From positions 252,650,001 through 252,714,000 of the forward strand of contig OZ024741.1 of assembly GCA_964016885.1 (NCBI GenBank): 64,000 nt of DNA. The letters are read 5' to 3'. The stretch's first letter is position 1. The number at the start of each line of letters is the position of its first letter. The notes under the pieces were generated by a model. That model worked only from the letters and a program-made list of their open reading frames with translations. It was not told where the DNA came from and made no database searches. A program made the position numbers and the translations under genes. This document shows positions 25,995 through 39,008 of this stretch, piece by piece. The stretch comes from Eledone cirrhosa. Its lineage: Eukaryota.

Positions 25995-26129
25995 GTCTTT
26001 CAAAGAAGACCACAGTTAAATAAGGTATTCAATACATCGAGTACAGAAAGTACATTATTCATTTCAGATAGAAATTACTCCTACAAGTTTAGAACTGTTT
26101 CATTCTATTGAAATTACCATATATATGAT

Positions 26130-26181
<52 letters not shown>

Positions 26182-26355
26182 TATCATAATACATCTGCTT
26201 CCCATGTTGGCATGAGAAGGACAGGCCATTAGGATCTATGTCAGTCATTATTCAGTGTAACTATCTTTATAGACCAAGGAAAGAATCTTCAGCTTTGTCA
26301 AAGATATAAATTTGGACATTATATAGATATTACATTATTACATATAATACAAATG

Positions 26356-26541
26356 GTGGTTTGGCAGTATCGGTAGAGGGTCGGACAACATGCTTTGCAG
26401 CATAGAGTTACGCCCCTTTCTGATCTGAGTTTAAATCCTGCCGAGGTTAACTTTGCCTTTCATCCTTATGGGGTCGATAAAATAAAATACCAGTAATGCA
26501 CTGGGTAATTGCTGGCCTTGTGCCAAAAGTAGAAACAATTA
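26356..26541 (+). mobile_element. SINE family 2 copy
   Basis: Same sequence as the 5179 copy. Confidence 0.85.
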
Positions 26542-26639
26542 TTACATATAAATAGTTATCAAGGTGCAGCTTCTCTTCTAGTTCTTTACCTCATATTTCT
26601 GGGAAGGCTGTTGGGATAGAGTTCTCAGACACACCTTCC

Positions 26640-26930
26640 AGAGGGTCCTATTGAAAGCAACCATCTCCAAATGATCTGGCTGGATCTCCAAATTAACTGA
26701 GGATATAGATGTTATTTGATCAGCTTGCTTGTGGTTTACCCCTGGGGCTTCTGCTAGTTGGCTTTGCTATTAAAATCTGTTCAGTGATTCTTTCCTTAGA
26801 CATTCTAACCATATGTCTGTAGTCCTGGAGCTGTGATCTCTTGATGTGGAAAAGTAGCAGCTTTACTTGGAGTATCTCCCTCATTTCCAAGCTATGAACC
26901 CCATTGAGTAACATTACTCCAAAGATCATT
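26640..26930 (-). mobile_element. Degraded RTE (Expander/Rex3-like) C-terminal fragment
   Basis: LLLFHIKRSQLQDYRHMVRMSKERITEQILIAKPTSRSPRGKP resembles LLL.IERSQLRW.GH..RM...R.....P.G.RPRGRP. Confidence 0.6.
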
Positions 26931-27594
26931 TGGCAAACATATTTTTTTAGATCACTACTCAGATCTAAAAAAAATATGTTTGCCAATGTTGGGACTGGAG
27001 TGACACTGTTAATTATGTCCTACTGCAGTAGCATGCAGAGGTTTGGGTGATGTATGGGGCCAACTTCTTGATTGTATACCCTTAAAACTCGAGTATAGTC
27101 CTTAGTACTAAGAATAGTAAGCAAGGAATGTAAAAGATGATGAAACATGAAGTAATCATTTCAACTTACAATAAAATCTGCTACATAAATCAATAAAATG
27201 GTCAGTCTTTTGATCTGAGCAAAAAACTTGGCATTGATTTTGGATGGGTACTTGAGAAATCTAAGTGAGTGCTGTGTTCAGTAGGTATAGTGAATGGATA
27301 ACCCTACATGACACTTAGACTTGATTCTCCTACTACATGCCACTGTCTACCTGGCTGATATTGGATGTAGGATGTGCATCAGAGAAGAGATTTGTGATGG
27401 AGATAGAGAAGTGGTTAAAAGCTTCATCATTAATATGGCAAAAGCATGTGAGAGAAAATCCTATGACAAGGGCAAAGAATAAATCTTTTATAAGCAGTCA
27501 TTTAAAATATTTGTTGCATTGTTGGATTGGTTACATTGAATCTCAGTTCAGTGCTGTAATGGTATGGATGATGGAGCAAAAAAGAATAGTACTA

Positions 27595-27955
27595 CAGGGT
27601 GGGCCAAAAAACCACAGATACCTGCCCTCCTCCACTCACGCACAAAAAGAATAATATTATAATGTGGGCCAAAAGAACACAGTCATTCTTCCAAAGGAAC
27701 CCAGACATCCCCCTAAAAGAATAATGCTACAGTGTGGACCAAAAGAACCCAGACATCCCTCCTAAAGACGATTACTACAGTGTGGGCTAAAAGAAGCCAG
27801 ACTTCCCCCCAAAAGAATAATACTATAGTGTGGACCAAAACCCATATACCTTCCCTCCACCAAGAATGATATTACAGTGTGGGCCAAAAGAACCCAGACA
27901 TTCCCCCACAAAAAAATAATACAACAATGTGGGCCAAAAGAACCCAAACATCCTC
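27595..27955. repeat. Degenerate ~50-bp tandem repeat (cagtgtgggccaaaagaacccagacatcccc...)
   Basis: About six imperfect units. Confidence 0.75.
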
Positions 27956-28302
27956 AGGTGGCAATTTCAGCTACTTGGTACCTCTGGTGGGAACACTACT
28001 GTTGGAAGGTGCTAAAATTATTCAATTAACAGCTAATGATAGGGGTATTTCTCAGCAAAAGAAAATGTGAGCATGGTAAACTAACAAAAAAGCGAGGATG
28101 ATGATGATGATGATGATGATAGCAGTAGGGTTATTTGTGTTGATGGTGGGGGTAGTGGTAGTGCCGGTGCTGGTGGTTGTGGTGGTTGTAGAAGAGGTGG
28201 TGGAGGTGATGGTGATGATGGTAATTATAATAGGGGTGGTGATATATATATAAATATATAAATAATATGTATGTATGTTGACCCTGAGTTAAATCTATAT
28301 TA

Positions 28303-28334
<32 letters not shown>

Positions 28335-28393
28335 GTTATGTAATAAACAACATAAGGCAATTATTCCATTTACCAGTGGTTTCTTAAAAGCAA

Positions 28394-28523
28394 AAAATGT
28401 TGCTTTCAATCCTCAGAATGAAAAAAATCCTGGTCTGTTTATTGAATTTTGATTATTTGGAAAAATCCAAATTCAATAAAGAGACCAGGATTTTTTCATT
28501 CTGAGGATTGAAAGCAAAATTTT
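28394..28523. repeat. Near-perfect palindrome with ~60-bp arms, possibly a Penelope-like inverted terminus
   Basis: ttgctttcaatcctcagaatgaaaaaaatcctggtc... / ...gaccaggattttttcattctgaggattgaaagcaa. Confidence 0.8.
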
Positions 28524-28577
28524 CTGTTACCTACATAGAGCACTCTTTTTTCCTGGACTTTTCCGACGGAATTACTT

Positions 28578-28672
<95 letters not shown>

Positions 28673-28885
28673 ATTTATATGTATTAAAATGTTCAACATT
28701 TAAAGAATTTTGAAACACTATGTTTCAGATATACTGATAAAAATAGAAATGGTAGCTATTTTGGTACAGATTTTTTTTCTTTTATTAGAAATAAAATATC
28801 TTGAAATTAAAATTTAAAAATACATACATGCATGTATAATAATTTTACTATGTACTGTATAAAGATAAGATAACATAGTCTCACC

Positions 28886-28944
<59 letters not shown>

Positions 28945-29802
28945 TATATATTTATATATATATATATATATATTTATACATATATATATGTATATATATA
29001 TACATATATATATGTGAGTGTGTGTGTGTGTGAAGGGGAAAACTACTTCTGTTAAACATACATTATTGAAAATACAACAATTGCGCTTCAGTTTGAATTT
29101 CTTTCTTTATTTTATTCTATTTTATTCTATTATATTTTTGTTTTGTTTTGTTACTTAAAGACTTTATTTTATTATATTTCCCTATTAATTCTTTATTGTT
29201 TTGTTTAGCACAAAACAATAAATTCACTAGATTCATTGATGTTTCTAGCCCTTCCTAGTTTTATTGTTCACCATTATTGTCGTTTTATTGATAGTGAGAA
29301 TTATAGGAAAGCTACCTTGTGTGTTTGTCATTCGTTATCATTGCTGGACTTCACAATTTCTGACCATTAATGTCATATTTATTTCAGCAATCAGGAAATA
29401 ATTTCATTATGGATGTATTATCTGTACATTCAGTTTTATCATGTGTTTTTGTTATTAATGGGTCTCCCTCCACCTATCTCATCTAACTTTTTGTACGTGA
29501 TTTCTTTATAAGATGGTTGTTATCAACTAACGTGTGTTTTTACTATCTGTATAACTCATTGCTACCCAGGCATTATATACATATATTATTATTATTAGTA
29601 GTAGTAGTAGTATTAGTAGTCCAGATTAAAGTTCAAGCAAACAACTTCTGCTTTCACCTTTTTATGAGATATTCTGAAACTGAGATATATATCAATCTGT
29701 GGACTCAAATATTTATATATACACATAATAGGTGGTTCAGTAGTAGATTTGTGGTTTACTGAGGAAGGTACCAAAAATCAACACTCTATGCTAAGGCAGA
29801 GT

Positions 29803-30090
29803 ATATATATTAAAAACAAAGCGAGGTTTCACATTAAGGTCTTCATTGATTATACACAGTTATGACTGTTTCACAGATGGATGACTCTATTTACCATTGT
29901 TTGGTATGGGATGCAGTCAGATGAGATTTTGGTTTCGCTTGATTAATAAGTCTGATGAGTTGATAAGGCTGAAGTCGGGTCTTTAGCATTTACATAGATC
30001 CTGAGCCACCCATCTGTGAAATGGCTATAACTATGTATAATCAATGAAGACCTTAATGTAAAACCTCACTTTGTTTTAAATATATATATA
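29803..30090. repeat. Inverted repeat, ~85-bp arms with a ~115-bp spacer, flanked by (TA)n
   Basis: aaaacaaagcgaggtttcacattaaggtcttcattgattatac... / ...gtataatcaatgaagaccttaatgtaaaacctcactttgtttt. Confidence 0.8.
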
Positions 30091-31459
30091 TGTGTATGGA
30101 AAAGGTAAACAGAAATAACAAAACAAATGGCACAGTATATAGAAGAAATATATTAGTTTAATGTTTGTAATAGCTGGAAGAGTATCTTAATGTTTTGGAC
30201 ACCAATCCTTCATCAGAAGATAGAGTTAGAAATAGAAGATAAATAGAAAGTAAAGAGTGATAAGAGGAAAGAATGGGGAAAAAATGAGGAAAAAAAGTAG
30301 GAGAAAAAAAACATATGTGTATTCAATCGGCCAGCTTGTATATATATTATACCACTTAACCATTGTATTATGGTGGAAATGATTAAGTCTTCTAGAGACA
30401 CTTGTACCTTTAATCTAATCCTCTTGAAGAATCTGCATGGCACAATGTGTGAAAGACTAGACGTTTGAATTACAGGTAAAATCTATTTACTGGGTTTCCA
30501 TAAAGCTTCTATCATCTTATGTTCACTCACAAGGCTGAGGTTCAGCCCTGGATTAACCATTAATTAAAATAAGCCTGTGCTTAGAGCATCAAGCAAAAAG
30601 AGGGCCCATAGATTTTTTTTCACAGTGCAATATTTATAATGGGCTGTTGTGCAATGTTGAAACTGAACCAGAACCCTTAAAAGAGGAACTTCAATTTTTT
30701 TTTTCAGTGCTTAGGGTTTATAAATGTTTTAATCTGGCACTACATAGGATTACATGAGGCTTTGGTAAAAAGAAAAAAAAATCCTTTCCCAGGATGCCAA
30801 GCAGTGAAATCAAACCAAGGACCTTGTGATTGTGAAGGAAATTCCAGAACCGTTTGTTTATGTGTATAAAACTGCAACTGTTACTCACAGTCTAGTATGA
30901 ATTGTTAGTATGTACCATGCTTTTGCCAAGGGTTTTAGGTATTTGAGACATAAACACCCTCTCAACCCTCCTCCCTTTGATCCAGTAGGACATCCTGGAT
31001 GAGACAGCTGGAAAGAAAGAGGACTGCACCAGCACAGAGCTGGTAAGTTTTTTATCAAACCCCGAAAGAATAAAAAGCAAATTTGAACTCAGAATGCAGG
31101 GACTCTGAACCAATATCCATGAAACTTATATAAAAATAAAATACAGCAGTTACACACTCACAATCAAGTAGGATTTGGTTGTATGTACCATGCTTTTGCT
31201 TAGAGTTTTAGGTGTCTATGAAGTCATGAGGTGACATAGACACTCTTTGACAGTATTGCATTTAGGAGGTGACAGCTGGAAGGAAAGTGGGCTGCACCAG
31301 CACTGGGTTGGTGCTTTCTTTATCAAACCCTGTGAGGATGAAAGGCAAAGTAGGCCATGATGGGATTTGAACTCACAACAAATATCCATTGCTCTAACAA
31401 CTCTGCCAGATCATACCCACACACATAGAAAGATTAGAGGTACAACTAGATGGTGGTAA

Positions 31460-31661
31460 GTGGTTGGAGAGTGATAGGATGAGGTGAAGAATAACTGGCA
31501 AAATGTCCAGACATATAAGAGCTGGGGTAGGGGGGGGGGATTGAAGTGTCAACAACAACTACATCAACAACAACAACAATGACAGCAAGCAACAACTTGA
31601 GCTATTTATAGATATAACTGTTTATTTCTATTCTAGGGATGATTCACCAACGTATATGGTG

Positions 31662-31694
<33 letters not shown>

Positions 31695-32665
31695 GTATAT
31701 ATATACACATATATATATATATAAATATAAATAGAATATTGGCACATCAACTAGATATCACATGGCCTGGTGGCGTTGTTGTTGGTGGTGGGATTTGGGA
31801 GTGGTAGTAGTGATGGTGATGGTGAAGGCAGTGGTGGTGGTGTTGGTTGTGGCAGTGGTGGTGTTGGGGATAGTGGTATTGGTGGCGTTGGTAATTGTAG
31901 TGGTGGAAGTGTTGGTGCTGGTAGAACAATGCAGTAGTGGAATTGCTAGAAATAGAAGCTAAATTGCTCTCAAATATCAACTCCCTGCCATCTTCAAAAT
32001 GAAAAAAAAAAAATAAAAGAAGGAAGACATTGGTTAATGTAGTCCTTGATACACTATTCCTGGAAAAAAAAAAGACAGGATGGTCACAGATGGAGAGTCT
32101 CTGAGCATAAGTCTGCTAAATAAGAGCTGACCTTCAGGCTAAACAACACCAGCAACAATAACAACATCAACATTTCCACCATTGTGTGATATCCAGTAGA
32201 TCTTGACTATAACTCACCAATCCAAACCATCCCTCACTCTTCTATTGTATGATATATCCCCAAGCTCAACAACCACCACCACCACAAGGTCGCCTCGTTC
32301 TACGCCATATATCTATGTGTGATATCAACCACCACCACAACTACAACCACAAGGCCATGTGATATCCAGTTGATGTGCCAATATTCTATATATAAACCAC
32401 AGATACTTTGGTGAATCATCTTTGGAGTGGAAATAAATAGTGATATATCTATAAATATGTTGTCCTGCTATTTTTGTTGTTGTTGTTGTTGTTGTTCATG
32501 ATGTTGTTGTCATTATTGTTTCTGTTGTCCTTGATGTTATTGTTGCCATTGTCGTTGTCATTGTAGTTGTTGTTGTTGTTGTTGACCCCCCCCCCCCCCC
32601 CTCCACTTTTCTGTCTGGACATTTTACCATTTATTCTCCACCTCGTTTAACTACCACTCACCCAG
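31460..32665. repeat. Pair of inverted, diverged ~300-bp repeats
   Basis: tagaatattggcacatcaactagatatcacatggcc (31732) vs ggccatgtgatatccagttgatgtgccaatattcta (32353); aaaatgtccagaca vs tgtctggacatttt. Confidence 0.8.
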
Positions 32666-32763
<98 letters not shown>

Positions 32764-32794
32764 CATATATATATACATATATATATATACATAC

Positions 32795-32864
<70 letters not shown>

Positions 32865-33101
32865 CCCACTCTCCACTCACACCAACACTATAGTTTTAAG
32901 AAAATGTGACTATTTTTTTTATATACTTCCAAATATGGACATGTGTGTCTATGTATGTATTTGTGTATATGTGTGACAATGAATGTATGTGTATGTTTGA
33001 AGTGTCCAAGTGTGTGTGTGTACATGTATATATATATATATATATATATACATATATATATGTATATAACCATATACATGCACACACATACATATATGTA
33101 T

Positions 33102-33148
<47 letters not shown>

Positions 33149-33407
33149 TTATATAATTTAAATTAAAATATTAATTAATGTAAAATTTTTGTAGATATCC
33201 TTTTAAAAAGAGAAAACTGAATTTTTGCCTTAATAATACTTTGGATATTTACGACTATTACTAAAATTAAAATATATCTCAAATAAAAATATCAATCTAT
33301 TTAAACATTACACTAAATTAGCTCAACCTTAACTTTGTAATGTCATTTTTCTCAGAGTTTTCTTAATAATATCCTTTATGAATGAATGCTTTCATTTTCT
33401 AATTTAA

Positions 33408-33653
33408 CCCTTTTGTGACCATATTTCTAATGAAATGCATTATATTTGTATAAATTGATGACAAATTTTGAGAGATTTACTTAAATTATTATATATTTCA
33501 TTATTAACATATTAATTGTAACACAATTTAATAATACAAGTTCCTTAAATCAAATTAACTTGGAAGATTTTAAGTTAAACAGGAAACCTTTAAAATGAGG
33601 GAAGGTTGTTTCATAGAGCCAGGAGCAGTTTTGGGTGAGTTGATATCAAAAGG
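33408..33653. mobile_element. Degraded piggyBac-type MITE
   Basis: TTAA|CCCTTTTGTGACC...GATATCAAAAGG|TTTA. Confidence 0.45.
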
Positions 33654-34324
33654 TTTATGCATGCTGTTTCATAATTTCATTAATCATTAGAATGACTTCT
33701 ATAATCACAGGTACATTAAATTTACTCCATGCTAGTAGCATACAGAGAGGGAGAGGCAGAGGGATGAACAGCCCTGGGCCTCCATTTTGAGGCAGGTGGT
33801 AGGAATATCTACCCAATACATCATACAGGTTTCTCTATTCAATACAGCAGCAGACTGCACTTAAATATCTCAGGCATTTACCCCAAATTCTGCTAGGCTC
33901 AAAAAGACCCTATAGTTGAGTTTTAAAGGCATACAATCAAGCAATCAGACCTGGATATCACCAAACTTCTGCACACCACATATAATTATCACCTTAATTT
34001 CACTACATATATGATCATACTTCATTATTTGTCCTCTCGTTAACTATACATTGAATACAACCCAAATTTTGTCATTTATATGGGTTCTTTACAATTATAT
34101 TCTATTGATAATCCCAATGCAGCCATTATGACGCCCTTTCCCCCTCTTTAGCGTCCCTATAAAGTTTATATCTAATAGACATCTATTTGTTTGCTACTTT
34201 TTGAAAAGCCTTATTTGGTGAAAAACTGCAAAGTCACCGTCACCATTTGGATTCAGTTAATGCTTTATATTTTTGTTTTATATACAAATATAAACATCTA
34301 CATTAGTGTCTATGTAAATGTATA

Positions 34325-34366
<42 letters not shown>

Positions 34367-34671
34367 TATGTGTGTGTGTGTGTATTAAGATGTATATATA
34401 TGTAAATATATATACATCTATATACTATTGCTTTGATATTCCTGTGTATGCATCCATGTATTCCTATAGCCCTTGCTGGGTTATCGCTATGATTATATAC
34501 ATCACCAAACTTATATACATACACCCACACTTATATGCATACACCCTCATAACTATGTCCAGATATTCTCTCCAGACATCACCATGGACATTTATAAATA
34601 ACATCACTATAACACATAGAGACAATTATAGACTATATGAAAATTACCATATTAAGTTAGAGATTGTGAAA

Positions 34672-34860
34672 GTGTGTGGCTAAGTGGTTAGAGTGTTAGG
34701 TTTGCAATTGTGAGGCTATGAGTTTGATTCCCAGATCAGGCAATGTGTTATGTCCTTGAGCAAGACACTTTTTTAATGTTGCTTTTTCTGCCAGGAGTTG
34801 TGACTGGTAGATAGTATCTGTAATGGAAAAGACCAATGGAAACATTGTTTCCTTGGTCCA
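34672..34860 (+). mobile_element. Older tRNA/CORE-like SINE
   Basis: tggctaagtggttagag...gagtttgattcc...tgtccttgagcaagacactt. Confidence 0.7.
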
Positions 34861-34953
34861 ATTTGGTGAGTTCCACCCCTCTTGGTAAACAAATGAGGTC
34901 TGGCATCTTATCAATCATTAAAAAAAGGTTAGATATATAAAAGTAGAACTTAC

Positions 34954-37350
34954 CAGAAGAACTGATTGAGGTCTTTTATCAATGGTTGATGTTGTCCATT
35001 CACTTTGTGACTCATATTGTGGGTAGAATTCTGCTTTAGTCTCTATCAACTGAGTATTTCTGGCCATCATATCATTGGAACCCCTGTTTAGAGTATCAGA
35101 TTTCTTAGTAACACATGTATAATGGCTCTTCTCCCTGTCAGAGTTTATTTCAGTGATATACTGGTTGTTTCTGTTATTGTTACACCTGACCACACACAGA
35201 GTTATGGACACTACAATAGCCACCGATACTATCACAGCAGATGTGACAATAACAATGACCCAGGTTAAGTTGATCATCTTATCAGACTGTAACTGGACGG
35301 TGGACAGGGCTGGAGATGTCTTGTTACTGACGGTCAGTGTCAAAGATACAGTAGTAGTTGCAGACAGAACTGGAATACCACTGTCTTTGACAGCAAACAC
35401 CAGTTGATATGATCCGGCATCATTTTGGTAAACTGTGCGAGAGAATGCAAACACTCCTGTGTAAGGATTGATTTCAAATAACAGTTTATCATTTCCACTG
35501 AGGATGCTATATCTGAGGAAGGCATTTGAATGACTGTCTCTATCAGAGGCCCTTAATACAGTGATTTCATTTTTACTTTGAGGATGGTAGTGAACATCAA
35601 GGGTGAATGGGTTTACCCCAGGAAAAGTAAAATATGGAGCATTGTCATTTTTGTCTAACACCTCCACCACAACGTTGGCTGTGTTGTTCAGTGATGGAGT
35701 TCCATTGTCTTTGACAAACACTTGGAATTTATATTGTTCCTCTTTTTCTCTGTCTAGAGAATGTGTAGTTGAAATAAAGCCATAATTTGTGATACGGAAT
35801 GGTAGAGTTACTTTGTTGTTGCTCAGCAAATGGTATGACAGTTGTCCAGAATTATCTTGGTCTGGGTCTGTGGCATTGATGTAACCAATTGGGAAATTAG
35901 TTTTCCCATTTTCATAGGTGAGGAATTTGAATACATCCTTCATAAACTGTGGTTGAACATCGTTAACATCCGTCACTTGAATGAAGAATTTTCTCTCAGT
36001 TTTCAAAGAAGGAGATCCTTTGTCTTCACAAGAAATATTGATGTCATAATGATCTTGTGTTTCTCTGTCAACAGGCTTCTTTAATGTTATTTTATATTCT
36101 TTTGAACCTAAATCTAAAAGAAGTAATTTATCATGGTGTAGGCTACATTCCACCTCACCATTCTGTCCAATGTCATTGTCAATAACACTGACATAAGCTA
36201 TGAAACTACCAACTTTGATCCCCTCAGAAATAGCTGCTGTGTTCTCTCTGAGTTCAGTGACAAAATTTATCTCTATCTTGGGTACATTATTTTGTTGGTT
36301 TATTACATTTATTAAAACCATTGCAGTAGAACTTGATGAAGGGCTACCCCCATCTTTAGCTTCAACAAACAACTTGTATGTTTGTTTTTGTTCTGAATTT
36401 AATGTTTTCTGTGTGAAAATTTCACCAGTTGCCTCGTTTAGTTTAAAGTAAGATTTGGCAATATCTGATGTCTCAGAGCTTGTGTGGTAAGTAACTCGTC
36501 CATTTTCACCCAAATCTAAATCTTTTGCAGAGAGAACGGTAATAGGTATGAATCTTCCATGTGTACTTCTGATGGAAACATTGTAAATACTTTGTGTAAA
36601 TACTGGAGAATTATCATTCTCATCTGTCACAGTTATTTCAATATTCAATACTCCTTGTTTTGGAGGAGATCCCCCATCACTGGCAATCACTTGAAGGCTG
36701 TAGCTATCTTTTTTTTCTCTGTCCAGTTTCTCATCAAGAATTATAGCAAGTTTAGAACTTCCTGTGATTATTTTTTTCACAGATAACTTGAATGTCTCTC
36801 TAAATCTGCGTGTTAGTTGGTAAGATATTTTTGAATTCATGTTGCCCACATCTTTGTCAATCGCATTAGGAATAGATATTTTCAGCCCTATCCCATCTCT
36901 CTCTGAAAACTTTAACATTACAGATTTAACAGGAAACTTGGGTTGGTGGTCATTTATGTCTTCTATAATTACTTTAATTTTCAAAATTTTTAAAAATGTT
37001 TCTCCCTTGTGGACTGCAATTTTGATCGTTTTAAAACATTCAACATTATACGTACACAGAGATTCTGCATCAAGTCTCTTTGTTGTGTAGAGTTCTCCTC
37101 GTTTAGAAACATTAAATAATTGTGATATCCCTGCCTGCTTCTGCTGTAGTTGATTGAAAGTAATTAGATTATTATCTTGGGACAATATAGCATCCATGAA
37201 CTGAGATTCTGCTGCTACATCTCCAACATACGTTCCAATATTCTTCTCTTCCTGTACACGGAATGTGATATCTATTGCATAAGAAATATCCAGGGAAGAT
37301 AAGAGCAAGCTCACAAGAGCTAACATGATCCCAGCAGAGCTGGTACACAT
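34954..37350 (-). CDS. Pcdh: Protocadherin, large ectodomain exon (signal peptide, EC1-EC6, TM, proximal cytoplasmic); further 3' exon(s) expected
   Basis: Cadherin motifs DINDHQP, LDRE, DENDNSP, VDRE, DVNDVQP, DKNDNAP and ASDGGSPP; hydrophobic leader MLALVSLLLSSLDISYA; TM WVIVIVTSAVIVSVAIVVSITLCVV. Likely ATG at 37350 or 37326; acceptor ttttctctgttacag| at 37383/37382; donor ctg|gtaagt after 34954 (phase 0). Confidence 0.93.
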
Positions 37351-37454
37351 CTCAAACTGGTATGGTGGAGCATCAAATGTTTCTGTAACAGAGAAAAGTC
37401 TGTGATGAAAAATGACATTGAGTTTTAGCATCACATGCCTACACACCTGTGGAT

Positions 37455-37520
<66 letters not shown>

Positions 37521-37751
37521 ATACTAACAAAGATAATAGACACACACACATATATTGTCATGTGAATTATGAATTTTTAATGTATGTTAGCTTAAAATGA
37601 AAAGCCTCAAAGCAGATTTTTTACTATAGCTTTTCAGCTCACCTTGTTAGATTATTTTTCATTGTCAAAAACCTGTGTTGAAGCTGTTAATTTTAAGCTA
37701 ACATACTTTCAAAATTCATAAATATATATACATATATATACATATATATAT

Positions 37752-37823
<72 letters not shown>

Positions 37824-37882
37824 CAAGGCTCTGATACCATCAACACTATAATCACAGAGCTGGCATATCTAAGAACTGACTA

Positions 37883-37938
37883 ACTGCCTGATGAGGTCAT
37901 AGCCATTCAATGGCTATCATCGAAATATATATAGCAGT
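37883..37938 (+). ncRNA. Minimal type I hammerhead ribozyme motif (same family as 6781-6833)
   Basis: acugc-CUGAUGA-gguc auagccau uca auggcuau cauc-GAAA-uauaua-UA-gcagu; 5-bp stem I. Confidence 0.8.
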
Positions 37939-37979
37939 AAATAAAGGATTATGAGTTCATGCAATTGACTTATGTTTTG

Positions 37980-38034
<55 letters not shown>

Positions 38035-38036
38035 AT

Positions 38037-38068
<32 letters not shown>

Positions 38069-38257
38069 AATGTAAATCTTAGCTTTTCGAATATCAAAAA
38101 TAATATTCGATTCGTTTGCAATTATGCAAACAACCTCTTTAAGCCATGTAAGTAGAATGACCCCATCAATCTTGCTCTTGTGTTGGTATATAAACAGAAC
38201 AGCAGACACTAATGTTTTTGTATTCAGCCATGTAGAGTGATGGAACTATTTGTTAGT

Positions 38258-38289
<32 letters not shown>

Positions 38290-38584
38290 ATGTGGGGGTG
38301 TCTGCTTAGATGTGTGTATATGTGAAATTATTTAATTCCAACAAAAACTTTAGTCCTTCATTTAGCACACAGATACATACATACACACACAGACATACAC
38401 ATATATGCATTGGGAGTTACAGGTTTAGACTAGTTAGACCATTATTCAGCATAGTAATTGATACTCGATACTTAAGAAAGTAGGTTGTAAGTATTACAAT
38501 GAGTTAATGCCCAACAGCTGAACTCTTACCATTTCTATGGCTAGTGTTCAGCCGCCAGGAATTAACTCATTATATATATATATA

Positions 38585-38712
38585 TTTAATATAGAAATGA
38601 GTTCTACAGGACTAGAACTGTTTCATTCGGAGGAAATCATCAGAAAGGGGTTTCTGATGATTTCCTCCGAATGAAACAGTTCTAGTCCTGTAGAAGCCAT
38701 TTCTATATTAAA
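38585..38712. repeat. Palindrome with 62-bp arms and a hammerhead-like core in each arm (Penelope-like inverted pLTR)
   Basis: Near-perfect arms around a gggg loop; CTGATGA..GAAACAG..CTGTA on both strands. Confidence 0.8.
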
Positions 38713-38778
38713 TTACTTTTACTCTGCTATGTATTGAGTACCTTACTTAGTGTGTTTATCTCCGATTTAACCCGGGAT

Positions 38779-38814
<36 letters not shown>

Positions 38815-39008
38815 ATAAAATGAAGATGTAAGAATAAAACCATCTCTCTTATTTATTATACTAAAACTCTGGGTGAAACCTTATGGAGAAAATCCTAAGG
38901 AATACAAACCATGCAGTGTTTCACATCTGTTTACGAAATAGTGTGCAGATTTTTTTATCAACCAACTTTCTTCAGCTAAATAAGTATATATATATATATA
39001 TTATTATT

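Noticed and set aside
27325-27465. Possible Pcdh cytoplasmic exon containing a DSG motif
   Set aside because: The DSG frame does not match the phase-0 donor; the region looks more like a decayed LINE endonuclease fragment.
37351-37551. N-terminal extension of the 877-aa Pcdh ORF (CVCVCV...)
   Set aside because: Read-through of a (TG)n tract upstream of the splice acceptors; the signal peptide starts at 37350 or 37326.
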